Shown here: in pieces, positions 1-11,385 of the stretch
Layout: every line of letters begins with the position of its first letter
Position numbering within the stretch: the first letter of the stretch is position 1
Source of the DNA: Octopus sinensis
Taxonomy: Eukaryota
Length of the DNA: 64,000 nucleotides
Assembly: GCF_006345805.1 (NCBI RefSeq)
Contig: NC_043004.1
Span: 51,026,001 to 51,090,000 of the forward strand
Direction: 5' to 3'
Program-made: the position numbers and the translations under genes
Notes under the pieces: generated by a model
Seen by the model: only the letters and a program-made list of their open reading frames with translations
What the model was told of the DNA's origin: nothing
Databases searched by the model: none

Positions 1-226
1 GAAGACGTACAAGGAGATGGCAATCACCTGTGCAGGTGCAGTAATCACCATGTAAGTTTTCTCCTACTTTTAATTACTTGATATCTTCCTGTGCAGAGGG
101 AGCCGGTCTCTAACAAAAATACAAAGCTCAGTCGTTGAAATGTAAGTAACAAAAAGAAATTCTTAACTTGAACTTGAGAAGAGACTTGCATATGCTTATT
201 GTTCTGCTTACAGATTGTATTTGTAA

Positions 227-620
227 CTAGCAGTATCGCCCGGCGTTGCTCGAGTTTGTAAGGGAAATAACTATATAAGCATATTTAGAGAGTTATAGCC
301 AAAAAATAGCAAAAGATGCATTAAAAATGGAAAAAAATTATAGTAAATTTTTTTAAATCGTTGACTCATCGTAGACATTTTTAGAGAGTTACTTCCCTTA
401 TTTAATAGCGAAAAAATGCATTAAAATGGAAAAAAATGATGGTAAATTTTTTTTTAAATCATAGACTCATCGTAGACGCACGCTAATACCCAGAAGGGCT
501 CGATATGACTCACGACTATAAGATACCCGGTTTTGGTTAAACTGCACCGCAAAATGTGGGAGTAGTTAGAAATCTAAATCGTAGGAGACAGACACACAAC
601 CTTACTTTTATATATAAAAA
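227..620 (-). mobile_element. Non-autonomous Helitron (family H1), copy 1
   Basis: Reverse complement of 6899..7291. The 3' CTAG|T end is at 227-230, preceded by a GC hairpin; the 5' TC is degenerate. Confidence 0.8.
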
Positions 621-814
621 TGTGCGAGTTACTTTGTTGATTTCTTTTTTTCTGAAACTCTCAGCTTATTCAGACTGTCACTTAGGCATGTACTCACAAA
701 ACTAAATGCACTAATTATTACTGGTATAAATATGAATTCATAATCTGGGTATTGAAGCTGGAGATCCCGAAGTATTTGTTCATAGTTATCTTCTTTCTCT
801 TTCATTTCCTTATA

Positions 815-943
815 TAATCAGCCGAAATTGCTAGGATGATCCGGTTCTTGACTGAAGATTGAAGGCTTCGAATGTCCCGACCGTGTTTTTTGTATCGTCT
901 TCTAAATGTTTTACGTTCTTGTCCCAGTTTGTATTTTTCTACA
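815..943 (+). repeat. 5'-truncated terminal repeat of family R1 (reversed-order hammerhead family)
   Basis: taatcagccGAAAttgct...tcttgaCTGAAGA matches 12361.. and 55510..; an inverted copy of its tail lies at ~1505-1566; flanked by (TA)n. Confidence 0.75.
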
Positions 944-1004
944 TATATATATATAAATATATATATATATATTATATATATATATATATATAATATATAT
1001 ATAT

Positions 1005-1458
1005 AATTTCAACGGATTTTACCGAAAAAGCATAGTGTTACTGATTTTAACCCACGCTGGTGGAAAGGGGAGAGCAGAAATTCTTCGCTTGCATATTTTG
1101 GGTTTGCTGGCACTGTTAGTTTCGAGCAGATCTTCAGAAGCGATAAGAAGCCGAAAGGGTATGCTCCCACTTTCAGTGTTTTCAAATCCAAACCAAGGAG
1201 TTCTGAGCTGATGATAGAAATGTCGAGTTGACTAATCTTGAAACGTACATTCTCAATAACCTTTGCATTTGATTTTTTAATGTCTTTACCCCCATACTTT
1301 CGTGAGTTGAATTGAGCAAACACTATATGAGAGAGATTTTCTTTAAGTATTAGAAATAGTTTAAAAAAAGTTTTTTTAGCTACTATTTCTAATGAGTTCA
1401 GTATGTGGCAAAGTAATTTATTTTACTAAGCCCTTTTATATAATGTAATAATTTGAAT
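1005..1458 (+). mobile_element. Non-coding HHR-bearing element (family Z2, PLE-associated/retrozyme-like)
   Basis: Near-identical inverted copy at 11386-12102; type I HHR at 1204-1255; inserted in (TA)n. Confidence 0.7.
1204..1255 (+). ncRNA. Type I hammerhead ribozyme (stem III mismatch)
   Basis: tgag-CTGATGA-(stem II aga/tct, gtc/gac)-GAAAC-gtac-ATT-ctca. The C-G pair of stem III is mutated to C-A here but intact in the 11674 copy. Confidence 0.7.
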
Positions 1459-1475
1459 ATATATATATATAATAT

Positions 1476-1506
<31 letters not shown>

Positions 1507-1563
1507 GTAGAAAAATACAAACTGGGACAAGAACGTAAAACATTTAGAAGACGATACAAAAAA

Positions 1564-1627
<64 letters not shown>

Positions 1628-1714
1628 TATATATAGATATATATATATATATATATATAATATATATTATATATATATCTATATATATATATATATATAT
1701 AATATATATATATA

Positions 1715-1759
<45 letters not shown>

Positions 1760-1776
1760 ATATATATATATATAGT

Positions 1777-2029
1777 GGAGACGCGTGGCTTAGTGGTTAG
1801 GGTGTCAGTATCATGATCGTAAGATTGTAGTTTCGATTCCTGAACGGGCGACACGTTGTGTTCTTGAGCAAAACACTTCATTTCACGTTGCCCTAGTCCA
1901 CTCAGCTGGCAAAAATGAGTAACGCTGCGATGGACTGGCGTCCCGTCCAGCTGGGGAACACATACGCCATAGAAACCGGGAAACCGGGCCCATGAGCCTG
2001 GCTAGGCTTTAAAAGGGTGCATTTATTTT
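1777..2029 (+). mobile_element. tRNA-derived SINE (family B)
   Basis: A box tggcttagtgg, B box gtttcgattcc, central tgttcttgagcaaaacac and gatggactggcgtcccgtccag motifs; related heads at 29494 and 34097. Confidence 0.8.
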
Positions 2030-2056
2030 ATCATATATAATATATATATATATATA

Positions 2057-2282
2057 GGGAGAGTTTACGAAAAAAAAAAACAAAAGACGAAAACAGGTGG
2101 TGTACAAAACAAACAGATGTATTAGTATAACGCTCAGGAATAGAAAAAAGTCTTTTACGTTTCGAGCCTACGCTCTTCTACAGAAAGGGACACAGAAAAA
2201 ACAAGGAGAGAAACAAGGATAGAAAAATGTGTGTAGTGGCTAACGATCTATCATGGCTTCTGACTCGGACAGACGCCATGAT
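2057..2282 (-). mobile_element. PLE-type terminal repeat fragment (family Z4) with minimal HHR-like motif at 2151-2188
   Basis: Minus strand reads ttt-CTGTAGA-a-gagc-gtag-gctc-GAAAC-GTA-aaaga; homologues at 37272, 38442 and 42428. Confidence 0.65.
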
Positions 2283-2300
2283 ATATATATATATATATAT

Positions 2301-2700
2301 GGCCCAGTGGTTATAGAATTGCGGTTTCGATTCCCAGACCGGGCGTTGTGAGTGTTTATTGAGCAAAATCACCTAAAGCTCCACGAGGCTCCGGCAGGGG
2401 GGGGCAAACACTGTTATACTCTTTCACCTCAACTTTCTCTCACTCTTTCTTCCTGCTTCTGTTGTACCTGTATTTCAAAGGGCCAATCTTGTCACATTCT
2501 GTGTCACGCTGAATCTCCCCATGAACTATGTTAAAGATACACGTGTTTGTGGAGTGCTCAACCTGAATCTTCCCGAGAACTACGATAAGGGTACACATGT
2601 CTGTGGAGTGCTCAACCACTTATACGTTAACTTCACGAGCAGGCTGTTCCGTTGATTGGATCAGCTGGAACTCTCGCCGTCGTAACCGACGGAGTGCCGT
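2301..2700 (+). mobile_element. tRNA-derived SINE (family C) with internal ~60-bp duplication
   Basis: ggcccagtgg A box, ggtttcgattccc B box; homologous to 18039-18385 (-). Confidence 0.8.
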
Positions 2701-2737
2701 AGTAACGTATATATGTGTGTGTGTGTGTGTGTGTGAA

Positions 2738-3200
2738 TTAAAATTGTTTGATTTGGCACCATGCAACTTAATAAAGTTTCGTAGTGTTCTTACAGAAACC
2801 TGGCGCGACGGGCTCAGTCCACACACCAACGAGTTGATGCCATCAGCTTTCACCCAAATGCCAAACCCTCTCATACTCATACGTAGTAGATACATACGCA
2901 TAGGCATCATCTGCGCTTACAAAACATCTGGTATACACATACCCATCGCCGGCCATGTCTGATGGCCCGCAAGTCCCTTCAAAGACCGCCCAGACAGCAA
3001 AATACCACCAGTTACGCATCTGTTGTCGCTGTAATATCGATCTCACTTCTAACCCCATGTGACTAGCCTTGAGCAATAGCAGCCCAGTTTGCAGGAACCA
3101 TCTTAAACTTCCTTCATCCCTCAGTTCTGTTAAAGAGCTACGTTTCTGTAGGAAGCCCACGAAACACTAAGTCGCATGGAACTAAATCAAATTATTTTAA
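2738..3200. repeat. ~460-bp element with ~60-bp imperfect terminal inverted repeats
   Basis: ttaaaattgtttgatttggcaccatgcaactta...cagaaac versus gtttctgtagg...gtcgcatggaactaaatcaaattattttaa. Confidence 0.55.
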
Positions 3201-3519
3201 ATAGTAATATATGTAACTCTTACTAAATGTGTCGAATGCTTCTTTCGTTCTTTTGTCCACTCACGCGTATATATATATAGAGCTGAAGTGAAGACAGCAT
3301 GTCCTTTATCTATCTCCTTACCTTACTGGAGATTTAGATAAAATTATACTAATGTGTCTATCTGCTTTAATTTAATTAAATTCTATGTCTTTATGCAGCT
3401 GAGGATTGCTCTGCATTTAAATTGATGTGATGGTTGCATTGTTCAATTAAATGGAGTTGCTTGAAACGATCGCACTGCATTACCTTTGGATATCCTTGTT
3501 GCTTATTTTGATTATATAT

Positions 3520-4141
3520 ATATTCCCGCCGAAACTAATGCCACGTGGACATAATACTCTGGATGGGAAGTGATACCACCCTTCCTGCGCATGCATGAAA
3601 ATTTCCGCGCCAGTAGGCCGTGTTAGTACCTGGCATGGTGTACAGATGTGTGGTGCATGCTCCGCTGGGTTTTCGTTTTCAGGCAAGATGACCGAAAGCA
3701 ATTTCCTAGATTGTTACACAACAGTCTTCATGACTATTTGTCGAACCTTCTGAATCAGTACCTCGTTTCGGCTTGAGGCTGACCTGTCTGAGAGTACCTC
3801 GCTCTTCGCTGAGCTGCGGCCATGTCTGAAGCAGCTGTATCCAATCCTTGATCTATGTTCTGCCCATGGCATCATCAAAGGCCTGCTGAATCTCCTGGAT
3901 TGTTGAGCTTGAGTATTACTAAGCTTTTGGCAAAATTTCATGCAACGTCTCTGATCGATGTGTTCGGTGAAAACGAAAATGTGACGAGCGATATATCTCT
4001 GTACTGTAGGCGTAATAGACAGCGCGAAAATTTTCACGCTTGCGCAGGAAGGGTTGCGGCACCTCTCACTTGAAGGATTTTGCCTATGGCATTAATCTTG
4101 GTGAGAAAAAATAAAATCGGATAACTTTTGAACGTACTTCA
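3520..4141 (-). mobile_element. Internally deleted mariner remnant
   Basis: Minus-strand HTH fragment TEHIDQRRCMKFCQKL...SDRSASSRNEVLIQKVR; inverted repeats 3578-3610 and 4022-4056; mariner-like TIR ending at TA 4142. Confidence 0.7.
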
Positions 4142-4289
4142 TACATACATAGCTGGAGGAGATGTCTTCCTGGAGTTATAAATATCAGTAGCACTGTCCT
4201 GGTTAGGACGCCACACTTAGTTCACAAATATATGTTACGGTTTCGTACTGCTACTGTTTATATATCTCTCAGAGATTTAATATAACAGT

Positions 4290-4367
<78 letters not shown>

Positions 4368-4371
4368 TATA

Positions 4372-5618
4372 CAGGGGTTGGACAAAATAATGGAAACACC
4401 TTAGAATTTCGAACAAATTTATTTTAATATGGGATAAAACCGCCTTTGGCAGTAATTACAGCTTGAATTCTACAAATTATGGACTCGTACAAAGTTTTAA
4501 TTGCTTCCAAAGGAATTTTTGTCCATTCTGCAGCTAAAACAGTCTCCAGTTCTTGTAGGATACAAGGAGGATATCGACCCCTTACTTGCTTTTCTAAAAT
4601 GCACCATAAATGTTCAATAATATTGAGATCTGGGGACTGTGGTGGCCAGATAAGATGTTCAACTTCACTAGAATGTTCTTCGTGCCATTCAGTAACAACT
4701 TTAGCTGTGTGAATTGGTCCATTATCAACCTGAAAGATTGTACTTCCCTCCGAAAACAGTTCCGCAATCATAGAATGTCTTGACTATTAATTCTGCCATG
4801 AAGGGAAACGATTGGGCCGGCGGATTTCCAAGATATAGCCCCCCCCCCGATCATCATGGATCCTCTTCCATGTTTAACAGTTGGAACAAGGCAGTCTGGG
4901 TCAAATGCTTCTTTCGGCTGTCTCCACACGTATACTCGGCTGGTGGTCAGAAATAGGGTAAAGGATGACTCGTCTGAGAAAATAACATTCTTCCACTGCT
5001 CTAGGGACCAATTCTGTAGTTTTTTACTGCACTCTAAACGCTTTGCAACGTCTGTTTTTGAAAGTAGTGGTTTTCTGATTGCAGCCCTTCCGTGAAATTC
5101 GACTTTGTGCAGCTCCCAGCGAACAGATTTTGTGGAAACTGTGTTCTCGGGGTGGTCATTAAGCTCTGCAGTAATTTTGGGAGCTGTATTTTGTGATCCT
5201 TTCTAACAATTCGCGTAAAAGTCCGACGGTCCCTATCTGAAAGTTTTGGTTTTCTTCCAGAATTTTGTTTCGATGAGGAGGTTTTTCCCTCTTTCTCAAA
5301 GGCTGTCATTACGTTCGAGACAGTACTTCTTGATACACGAAACATTTCGGCTGTTTTCGTTACGCTAGCGCGTGCCATACGTGCATCAACAATTTGACCT
5401 CTTTGAAAGTTCGATAGATCAGTCATTTGATGAATTTTAATTACCTTTTTATGATGATATCTGAAAAGAAACAGCAATTTTACCAAAAGATATTAAGCAA
5501 CACTAATAATAAATAAATAAAAAAACATTAAAATAAACAAGCTTTTGACGCTTTTATAGATATTTCAAAATTATGATGCTATGATGCTAGATGTTTCCAT
5601 TATTTTGTCCAACCTCTG
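4372..5618 (-). mobile_element. Tc1 transposon, full length, frameshifted transposase pseudogene
   Basis: TIRs caggggttggacaaaataatggaaaca with TA flanks; ORF pieces SGRKPKLS, FQVDNGPIHTAK, WPPQSPDLNIIEHLW. Confidence 0.95.
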
Positions 5619-5633
5619 TATACACACACACAA

Positions 5634-5664
<31 letters not shown>

Positions 5665-5694
5665 CACATACACATATAGATAACTTAATACGCG

Positions 5695-5849
5695 AAGGTG
5701 TGAATATGTGGTAAGAGGATTGCTTTCCAAGTCCATGGTTCCGGGTTCAGTCCCACTGCGTGGCACCTTAACCAAGTATCTTCTACTAAAGCCTCGGCAC
5801 TATCAAACCCTTGGGAGCAGATTTGGCAAACAGAAGCAGAAAGAAGCTC

Positions 5850-5850
<1 letters not shown>
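5695..5850 (+). mobile_element. tRNA-derived SINE family A, head only
   Basis: ccatggttccgggttcagtcccactgcgtggcacctt motif shared with 8181.. Confidence 0.75.
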
Positions 5851-5907
<57 letters not shown>

Positions 5908-6898
5908 ACACACACACACACACGTGCCCGCGCGCCCGCGCCCCCTGCCCGCCAACGTATGTAAAGAAAATTCACAGAAAATAATAAACTCGATCACTTT
6001 CACATCGAGGATAATTTAATCAAAACCATCTTTCCTCGTCTACTCGTCACCTCTCGGGTTACCCTAAGTCTTATTGCAATCAGTTTACAGTCGTGTGGGA
6101 TGGGTGCGCGTTTGTCGGTATCTCTTATTATAAAAGGCAGATTTTATCTGCCTCCCTTTGTCAGTTATAGAAATCTACAATATAGGATTTCTTCAATTAC
6201 AATTTACCTAGCATTTTTAAGAGTAGAATGCATCGGGTTTTGCCAGGTCCAGTTTTTAAAATTTAAACTCCAATTAAGCAAAATTTACAGAAAACTCACA
6301 TTCTGGTGTGTATGTCAAATGCTTTTCTTAGTCTGGTTTACAACACACGCAAACGCACACACACAGTGTGCAACGAATAAAGTGAAACTAGATGTAATAT
6401 TTGTTTCTGTCTATCACGCTGATAGATACATGAGTAAAATGTATGGCAAGTTAACAGATAAGAGTGAGTGAAAATGTTCTTGGAAGAGAGTAAATAGCGA
6501 CAGAGTGATTTGAGGAAGACTAAACTGAAAGTATGAAACAGTGTTTATGTATAAACAGACGACACTTATATAAACCCTTTCGTTACCAAACCGCCCGAAT
6601 TTACCTATTCATATTTAAATGAGAATATCAGAGTAAATCTCTTTAGTACATTCGTGAAAACACGTATTGTACTTCGTAAACACTTCAAATACAGTTTTGT
6701 ACAAAAATCGAAGTGTAATTTTATTCCGTGAATTATGGGAGATTTTTTTCCGAAATTTGTTCCTATTGTGTTTTCAAAATTGTAATTCTGACAAAAAAGG
6801 GATACGAATTTCATTATATCAAGCAGCGAGTCAGAATTCGAAGGATTTTCTACTGAAGACCTTCATAAATCTAACTCTATGACTGAAAAAAAAAAGCA

Positions 6899-7291
6899 TC
6901 TTTATATAAGAGTGAAGTTGTGTGTCTGTCTCCTACGATTTAGATTCGTAACTACTCCCACATTTTGCGGTGCAGTTTAACCAAAAGCGGGTATCTTATA
7001 GTCGTGATTCATATCGAGCCCTTCTGGGTATTAGCGCGCGTCTACGATGAGTCTATGATTTTAAAAAAATTTACCATCATATTTTTCCATTTTAATGCAT
7101 TTTTCGCTTTTATATAATGGAAGTAACTCTCTAAAAATATCTACGATGTGTCAACGATTTAAAAAAAAATTTACCTTAATTTTTTTTCAATTTTTAATGC
7201 ATTTTTTTGCTATTTTTTGGCTATAACTCTCTAAAAATGCTTATATAGTTATTTCCCTTACAACCCGAGCAACGCCGGGCGATACTGCTAG
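6899..7291 (+). mobile_element. Non-autonomous Helitron (family H1), complete
   Basis: A|TC start at 6899, CTAG|T end at 7288-7291, hairpin cccgagcaacgccggg 8 nt upstream, no TSD. Confidence 0.9.
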
Positions 7292-7394
7292 TCAATAAAT
7301 ATGAACGAGTTACTGTAAAATATATATATATTCTTAGAAATGGATGTGTGGCGTTCAATCAAATAACAATATAAATAATATATACGTATGCACA

Positions 7395-8150
7395 TATACA
7401 CACATATGTACATACATACATACATATGTATATAGCTATGCATATATGGGTACAGGACGTCACAAAACGTAAACAACATGAAATACGAAAATAACGTTGG
7501 CTACGCAATGAACGAGAGAAAGAAATGGAAAAAAAGAAAGTAACATAAAGAACGACCCTTCATCAGTTTCGGCTGTCCTTCTACTCCTTATTTCGAGCAT
7601 CCCTATTCCTCCTTTACTCTCTCTCTCTCTCTCTCTCTCTCGTTGCTCACACTTGACCGTCGTCCATCTTTCCTTTCCTCACATGATCATCTTTCTGTTC
7701 TTTCAGTCTGTTGCGCAGTCCTGACACATTCCTACCTGTCTCCTCTCCTATATTTTCTCTTATCAAAGAATCTTCTTCCAGCGTTTGCTAGCTTACCTCA
7801 TCTGAGCCTAAAGGCCCTCTTTGTTTTTATATTCGTTTGGTTCGGTTTGTGTATGTCCTGTTTTTGTTACCAGCTTTGACCTTCCGCAAATCCCAAATTT
7901 TATTTTGGTTCGTAGGAGCAACTGCCTTCACAGTCTTATCTTGTCGTTCATTGCTCGAAATAGGGAGTAGAAGGGCAGCCGACAACTGATGAAGGGTCAT
8001 TTTTTATGTTACTTGTCTGTTTTCCATTTGTCTCTCGTTCTTTGCGTACCCAACTTTATTTTCGTATTTCATGCTGTTTACGTTTTGTGACGTCCTGTAT
8101 CCATATATGCATACCTATATACATACATATGTATGTATGTACAAATGTGT
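7395..8150. mobile_element. PLE-type element with ~200-bp inverted terminal repeats (family R2)
   Basis: ~7395-7600 is the reverse complement of ~7950-8150; the + arm carries the reversed-order HHR at 7922-7997. Confidence 0.7.
7922..7997 (+). ncRNA. Putative reversed-strand-order hammerhead ribozyme (family R2)
   Basis: ctgccttc-acag-tctta-TC|-ttgtcg-ttcatt-gctc-GAAA-taggg-agta-gaagggcag-c-cgacaa-CTGATGA-a-gggt. Stem I ttgtcg/cgacaa is a perfect 6 bp, stem II gggt/gctc, stem III tctta/taggg. Confidence 0.7.
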
Positions 8151-8180
8151 GTGTATGGGCATATATATATATATATATAT

Positions 8181-8630
8181 GCGCAGGAGTGGCTGTGTGG
8201 TAAGTAGCTTGCTTACCAACCACATGGTTCCGGGTTCAGTCCCACTGCATGGCACCTTGGGCAAGTGGTCTTCTACTATAGCCCCGGGCCGACCAAAGCC
8301 TTGTAAGTGGATTTGGTAGACGGAAAATAGAAGCCCGTTGTATATATATATATATATATATTATATATAATATATATATATGTGTGTGTGTGTGTATGTG
8401 TGTGTGTGTGTGTGTGTGTGTATGTTTGTGTGTATGCGTTTGTCCCCCACACCGATGGTGTGTTTACGTCCCCGTCACCTAGCGGTTCGGCAAGAGAGAC
8501 CGATAGAACAAGTACTAGGCTTACAATGAATAAGTCCTGGGATTGATTTTATTCGACTAAAGGCGGTGCTCCAGCACGGCCGCAGTCAAAATGACTGAAA
8601 TAAATAAAAGAATAAAAGAATAAAAGAATA
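8181..8630 (+). mobile_element. tRNA-derived SINE family A, full
   Basis: ggagtggctgtgtgg A box, gggttcagtccc B box, ccttgggcaagt motif, internal TA/TG microsatellite, (aaagaata)n tail. Confidence 0.9.
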
Positions 8631-8978
8631 TAGGAGTGGCTATGTGGTAAGTAGCTTGCTAACCAACCACATGGTTCCGGGTTCAGTCCCACTGCGTGGC
8701 ATCTTGGGCAAGTGTCTTCTGCTATAGCTCCGGGCCGACCAATGCCTTGTGAGTGGATACTGAAAGAAGCCCGTCGTATATATCATCATCGTCATCATCA
8801 TCGTCGTTTAGCGTCCGTTTTCCATGCTAGCATGGGTTGGACGGTTCTACTGGGGTCTGAGAAGCCAGAAGGCTTCATCAGGCCCAGTCAAATCTGGCGG
8901 TGTTTCTACGGCTGGATGCCCTTCCTAACGCCAACCACTCCGTGAGTGTAGTGGGTGCTTTTTACGTGCCACCCGCAC

Positions 8979-9025
<47 letters not shown>

Positions 9026-9235
9026 TTGTGTGTCTGTGTTTGTCCCCCTAGCATTGCTTGACAACCGATGCTGGTGTGTTTACGTCCCCGTCACTTAGCG
9101 GTTCGGCAAAAGAGACCGATAGAATAAGTACTGGGCTTACAAAGAATAAGTCCCGGGGTCGATTTGCTCGACTAAAGGCGGTGCTCCAGCATGGCCGCAG
9201 TCAAATGACTGAAACAAGTAAAAGAGTAAAAGAGT
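8631..9235 (+). mobile_element. SINE family A with nested insertion at ~8783-8977 (LINE/SINE-type 3' end on the minus strand, CAT tail)
   Basis: Head 8631-8780, tail 9025-9235, interrupted by catcatc...ggatgcccttcctaacgccaacc. Confidence 0.85.
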
Positions 9236-9606
9236 ACGTATACGTGACACCCCCTACCTCCCATGATCCGTTATTGTTATTGTTGTAGTTGTAGTTGTCT
9301 GTCAGTCTGTCTCTCTGTCCGACTGTCTGTCTTTTTTTTTGTCTGTCTCTTTCTTAGTAGCTGCATCTCTCTCTTTCTCCCCCCCTCTTCTGTGTCTTCC
9401 TTTCTTCCTCCCCTTCTGTCCGTTTCTCTCTCTCTCTCTCTCTCTCTCGTCTCTCTACTCTGTCCTCTCCTTCTTTCCCTCTCCCTCTCACCCTTCCCCG
9501 TCTCCCTCTCAGTTATCATTGACCTGACCTACAATCTGATACGTTAGTTTAGGTGTGTGAGACTATATTTAGAGATTAAAAATCTGTACCGAAATTCATT
9601 AATGCA

Positions 9607-9651
<45 letters not shown>

Positions 9652-9972
9652 ACACCCATACACACACACCCATACACACACACACACACACACAACACAC
9701 ACACACCACACACACACACACACTCGCGCGCGCATATTCAAACTCTTTCGTACAACTGCACACATCTCGCCTAATGTCACACTTACACAGATGCGCGTGC
9801 GTTCACTTTGGTATTGATGTGATCGTCATAGTAGCCGTTGCTGTGGACAACATGAGTTAAAGGAAAATATTTCTCTACCACTGATTACCAGCACCACCAC
9901 CACCACCGCCACTGTTGATTAAATCAGTAGACAAGTAGAATCTCATTATGTTTCTTCCAACCACTTGAAGTA

Positions 9973-10492
9973 CCGTTAATCCTAGAGTATAGTCCGCCCT
10001 TGCGTATAATACGCAGGGGATTTTTAGGGGGCTGTACCTCTGAAAAACCTAAACCTTATGTATAATACGCACCCCTTCTCTAACTTGAGTCATGGAGGTC
10101 TATATAACGCCCTTGGTTTGTAAAAATGTATACGGTAACGTCCTTTATTATTATTGTACATTTAACATAACGCAAACGTGTAGGTTTTTTGTGCATTTTG
10201 TTTGCAGAAAATAAAGAAATAACAGTAATAACAGAAATAATGTTTAATAAATGTTGCTTATTGCAAGTTATGGATGATTATTTTATGACTTCATTGCTTT
10301 CGGGTTTAGCTTAAGGTATTTTCACACCCGACATCACAAAATGCGTCTGAATAAACATAGCCAGACAGCAAATAGAGACTCGAGCATTGTTAGAAAATAA
10401 TTTTCATTTTTAACCTCGTATATAGTACGCACTAAGGATTTTGACCTTTAAATTTTGGGAAAAAAATTCATATTATACTCGAGGATTTACAG
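9973..10492. mobile_element. pogo/Tigger-like MITE
   Basis: TA|ccgttaatcctagagtata ... tatactcgaggatttacag|TA terminal inverted repeats. Confidence 0.8.
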
Positions 10493-11350
10493 TAGTTATA
10501 GTTTTCACCAAATTATTTTCAAAAATTAAAAGTAAATATAGTTTTGCACACTGACGACGAAAAGCGCATTTTACTGCCTAGAAATTAATAATAAAGTATC
10601 TCATGCATTTAAAGTTACGTGTATTTAGCCAATCAGAAATCTTCATTGCCTACATATCGGATACAAACCGATAGAATAAGTACGAGGCTTGAAAATTTAA
10701 AAAAATGTGTATTGGAGGTCGATTCACTCGTCTAAAACTCTTCAAGGCGTGACCCCAGCATGACCACAGTCCAATGACTGGAGCAAAAGAAAAAAAGATA
10801 AAAGATAAAAATGAAAGAAAGAAGTCAACCAATCCTAACAACTGAATTTGACTTTCGTGAACTGAGCTAGAAGAAAGCTCAGGAATTTGTCAAGGCAGCT
10901 TGGAGAAGTTGTTAGCCTGTACTTAAACTCTCAGCTCAATACGATACAGTATTTGTAAACGTTGTACAAGATTCGTTCAACAACATGAATGGGATAACGG
11001 TGACCCATCAGTGAAATGAGCCCCGCGAGGTGGACTGGTTTCTGCAGCGAATGTCACTGGCCAGTCTACGCGGCAACGTCATCGCAGTCATTATAGCAGG
11101 GTGTGGGTGAGCACACCCTTTGGTCTGGGGTATGTGGCCCATCCCTTCCCTCTTCTGCTGCTTTACCACCCTCTATTTTTCTTTTCTTTCTTCTCCTTTC
11201 TTATCTCTCCCTTTTCCCTGTTTCTTCGTATTTAAATGTTATAATTTATTAACTTTTTCAGCTTTGACAATAGTGAAAGATGCTGAAAGTGGTCTAGCGA
11301 AGAGGAAGAGTCCCCAACCGGTGGAAATGTGCTACGGTTTTTTTTTTTTG

Positions 11351-11383
<33 letters not shown>

Positions 11384-11385
11384 TA

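Noticed and set aside
1009-1323. 104-aa ORF repeated at 11606-11908
   Set aside because: It is antisense to an HHR within a repeat, has a non-ATG start, and indels between the copies change the frame.
6121-6391. Helitron-like 5' end (A|TCTCTTATTATAAAAGGCAG); similar at ~15473
   Set aside because: No convincing hairpin plus CTRR|T 3' end was found.
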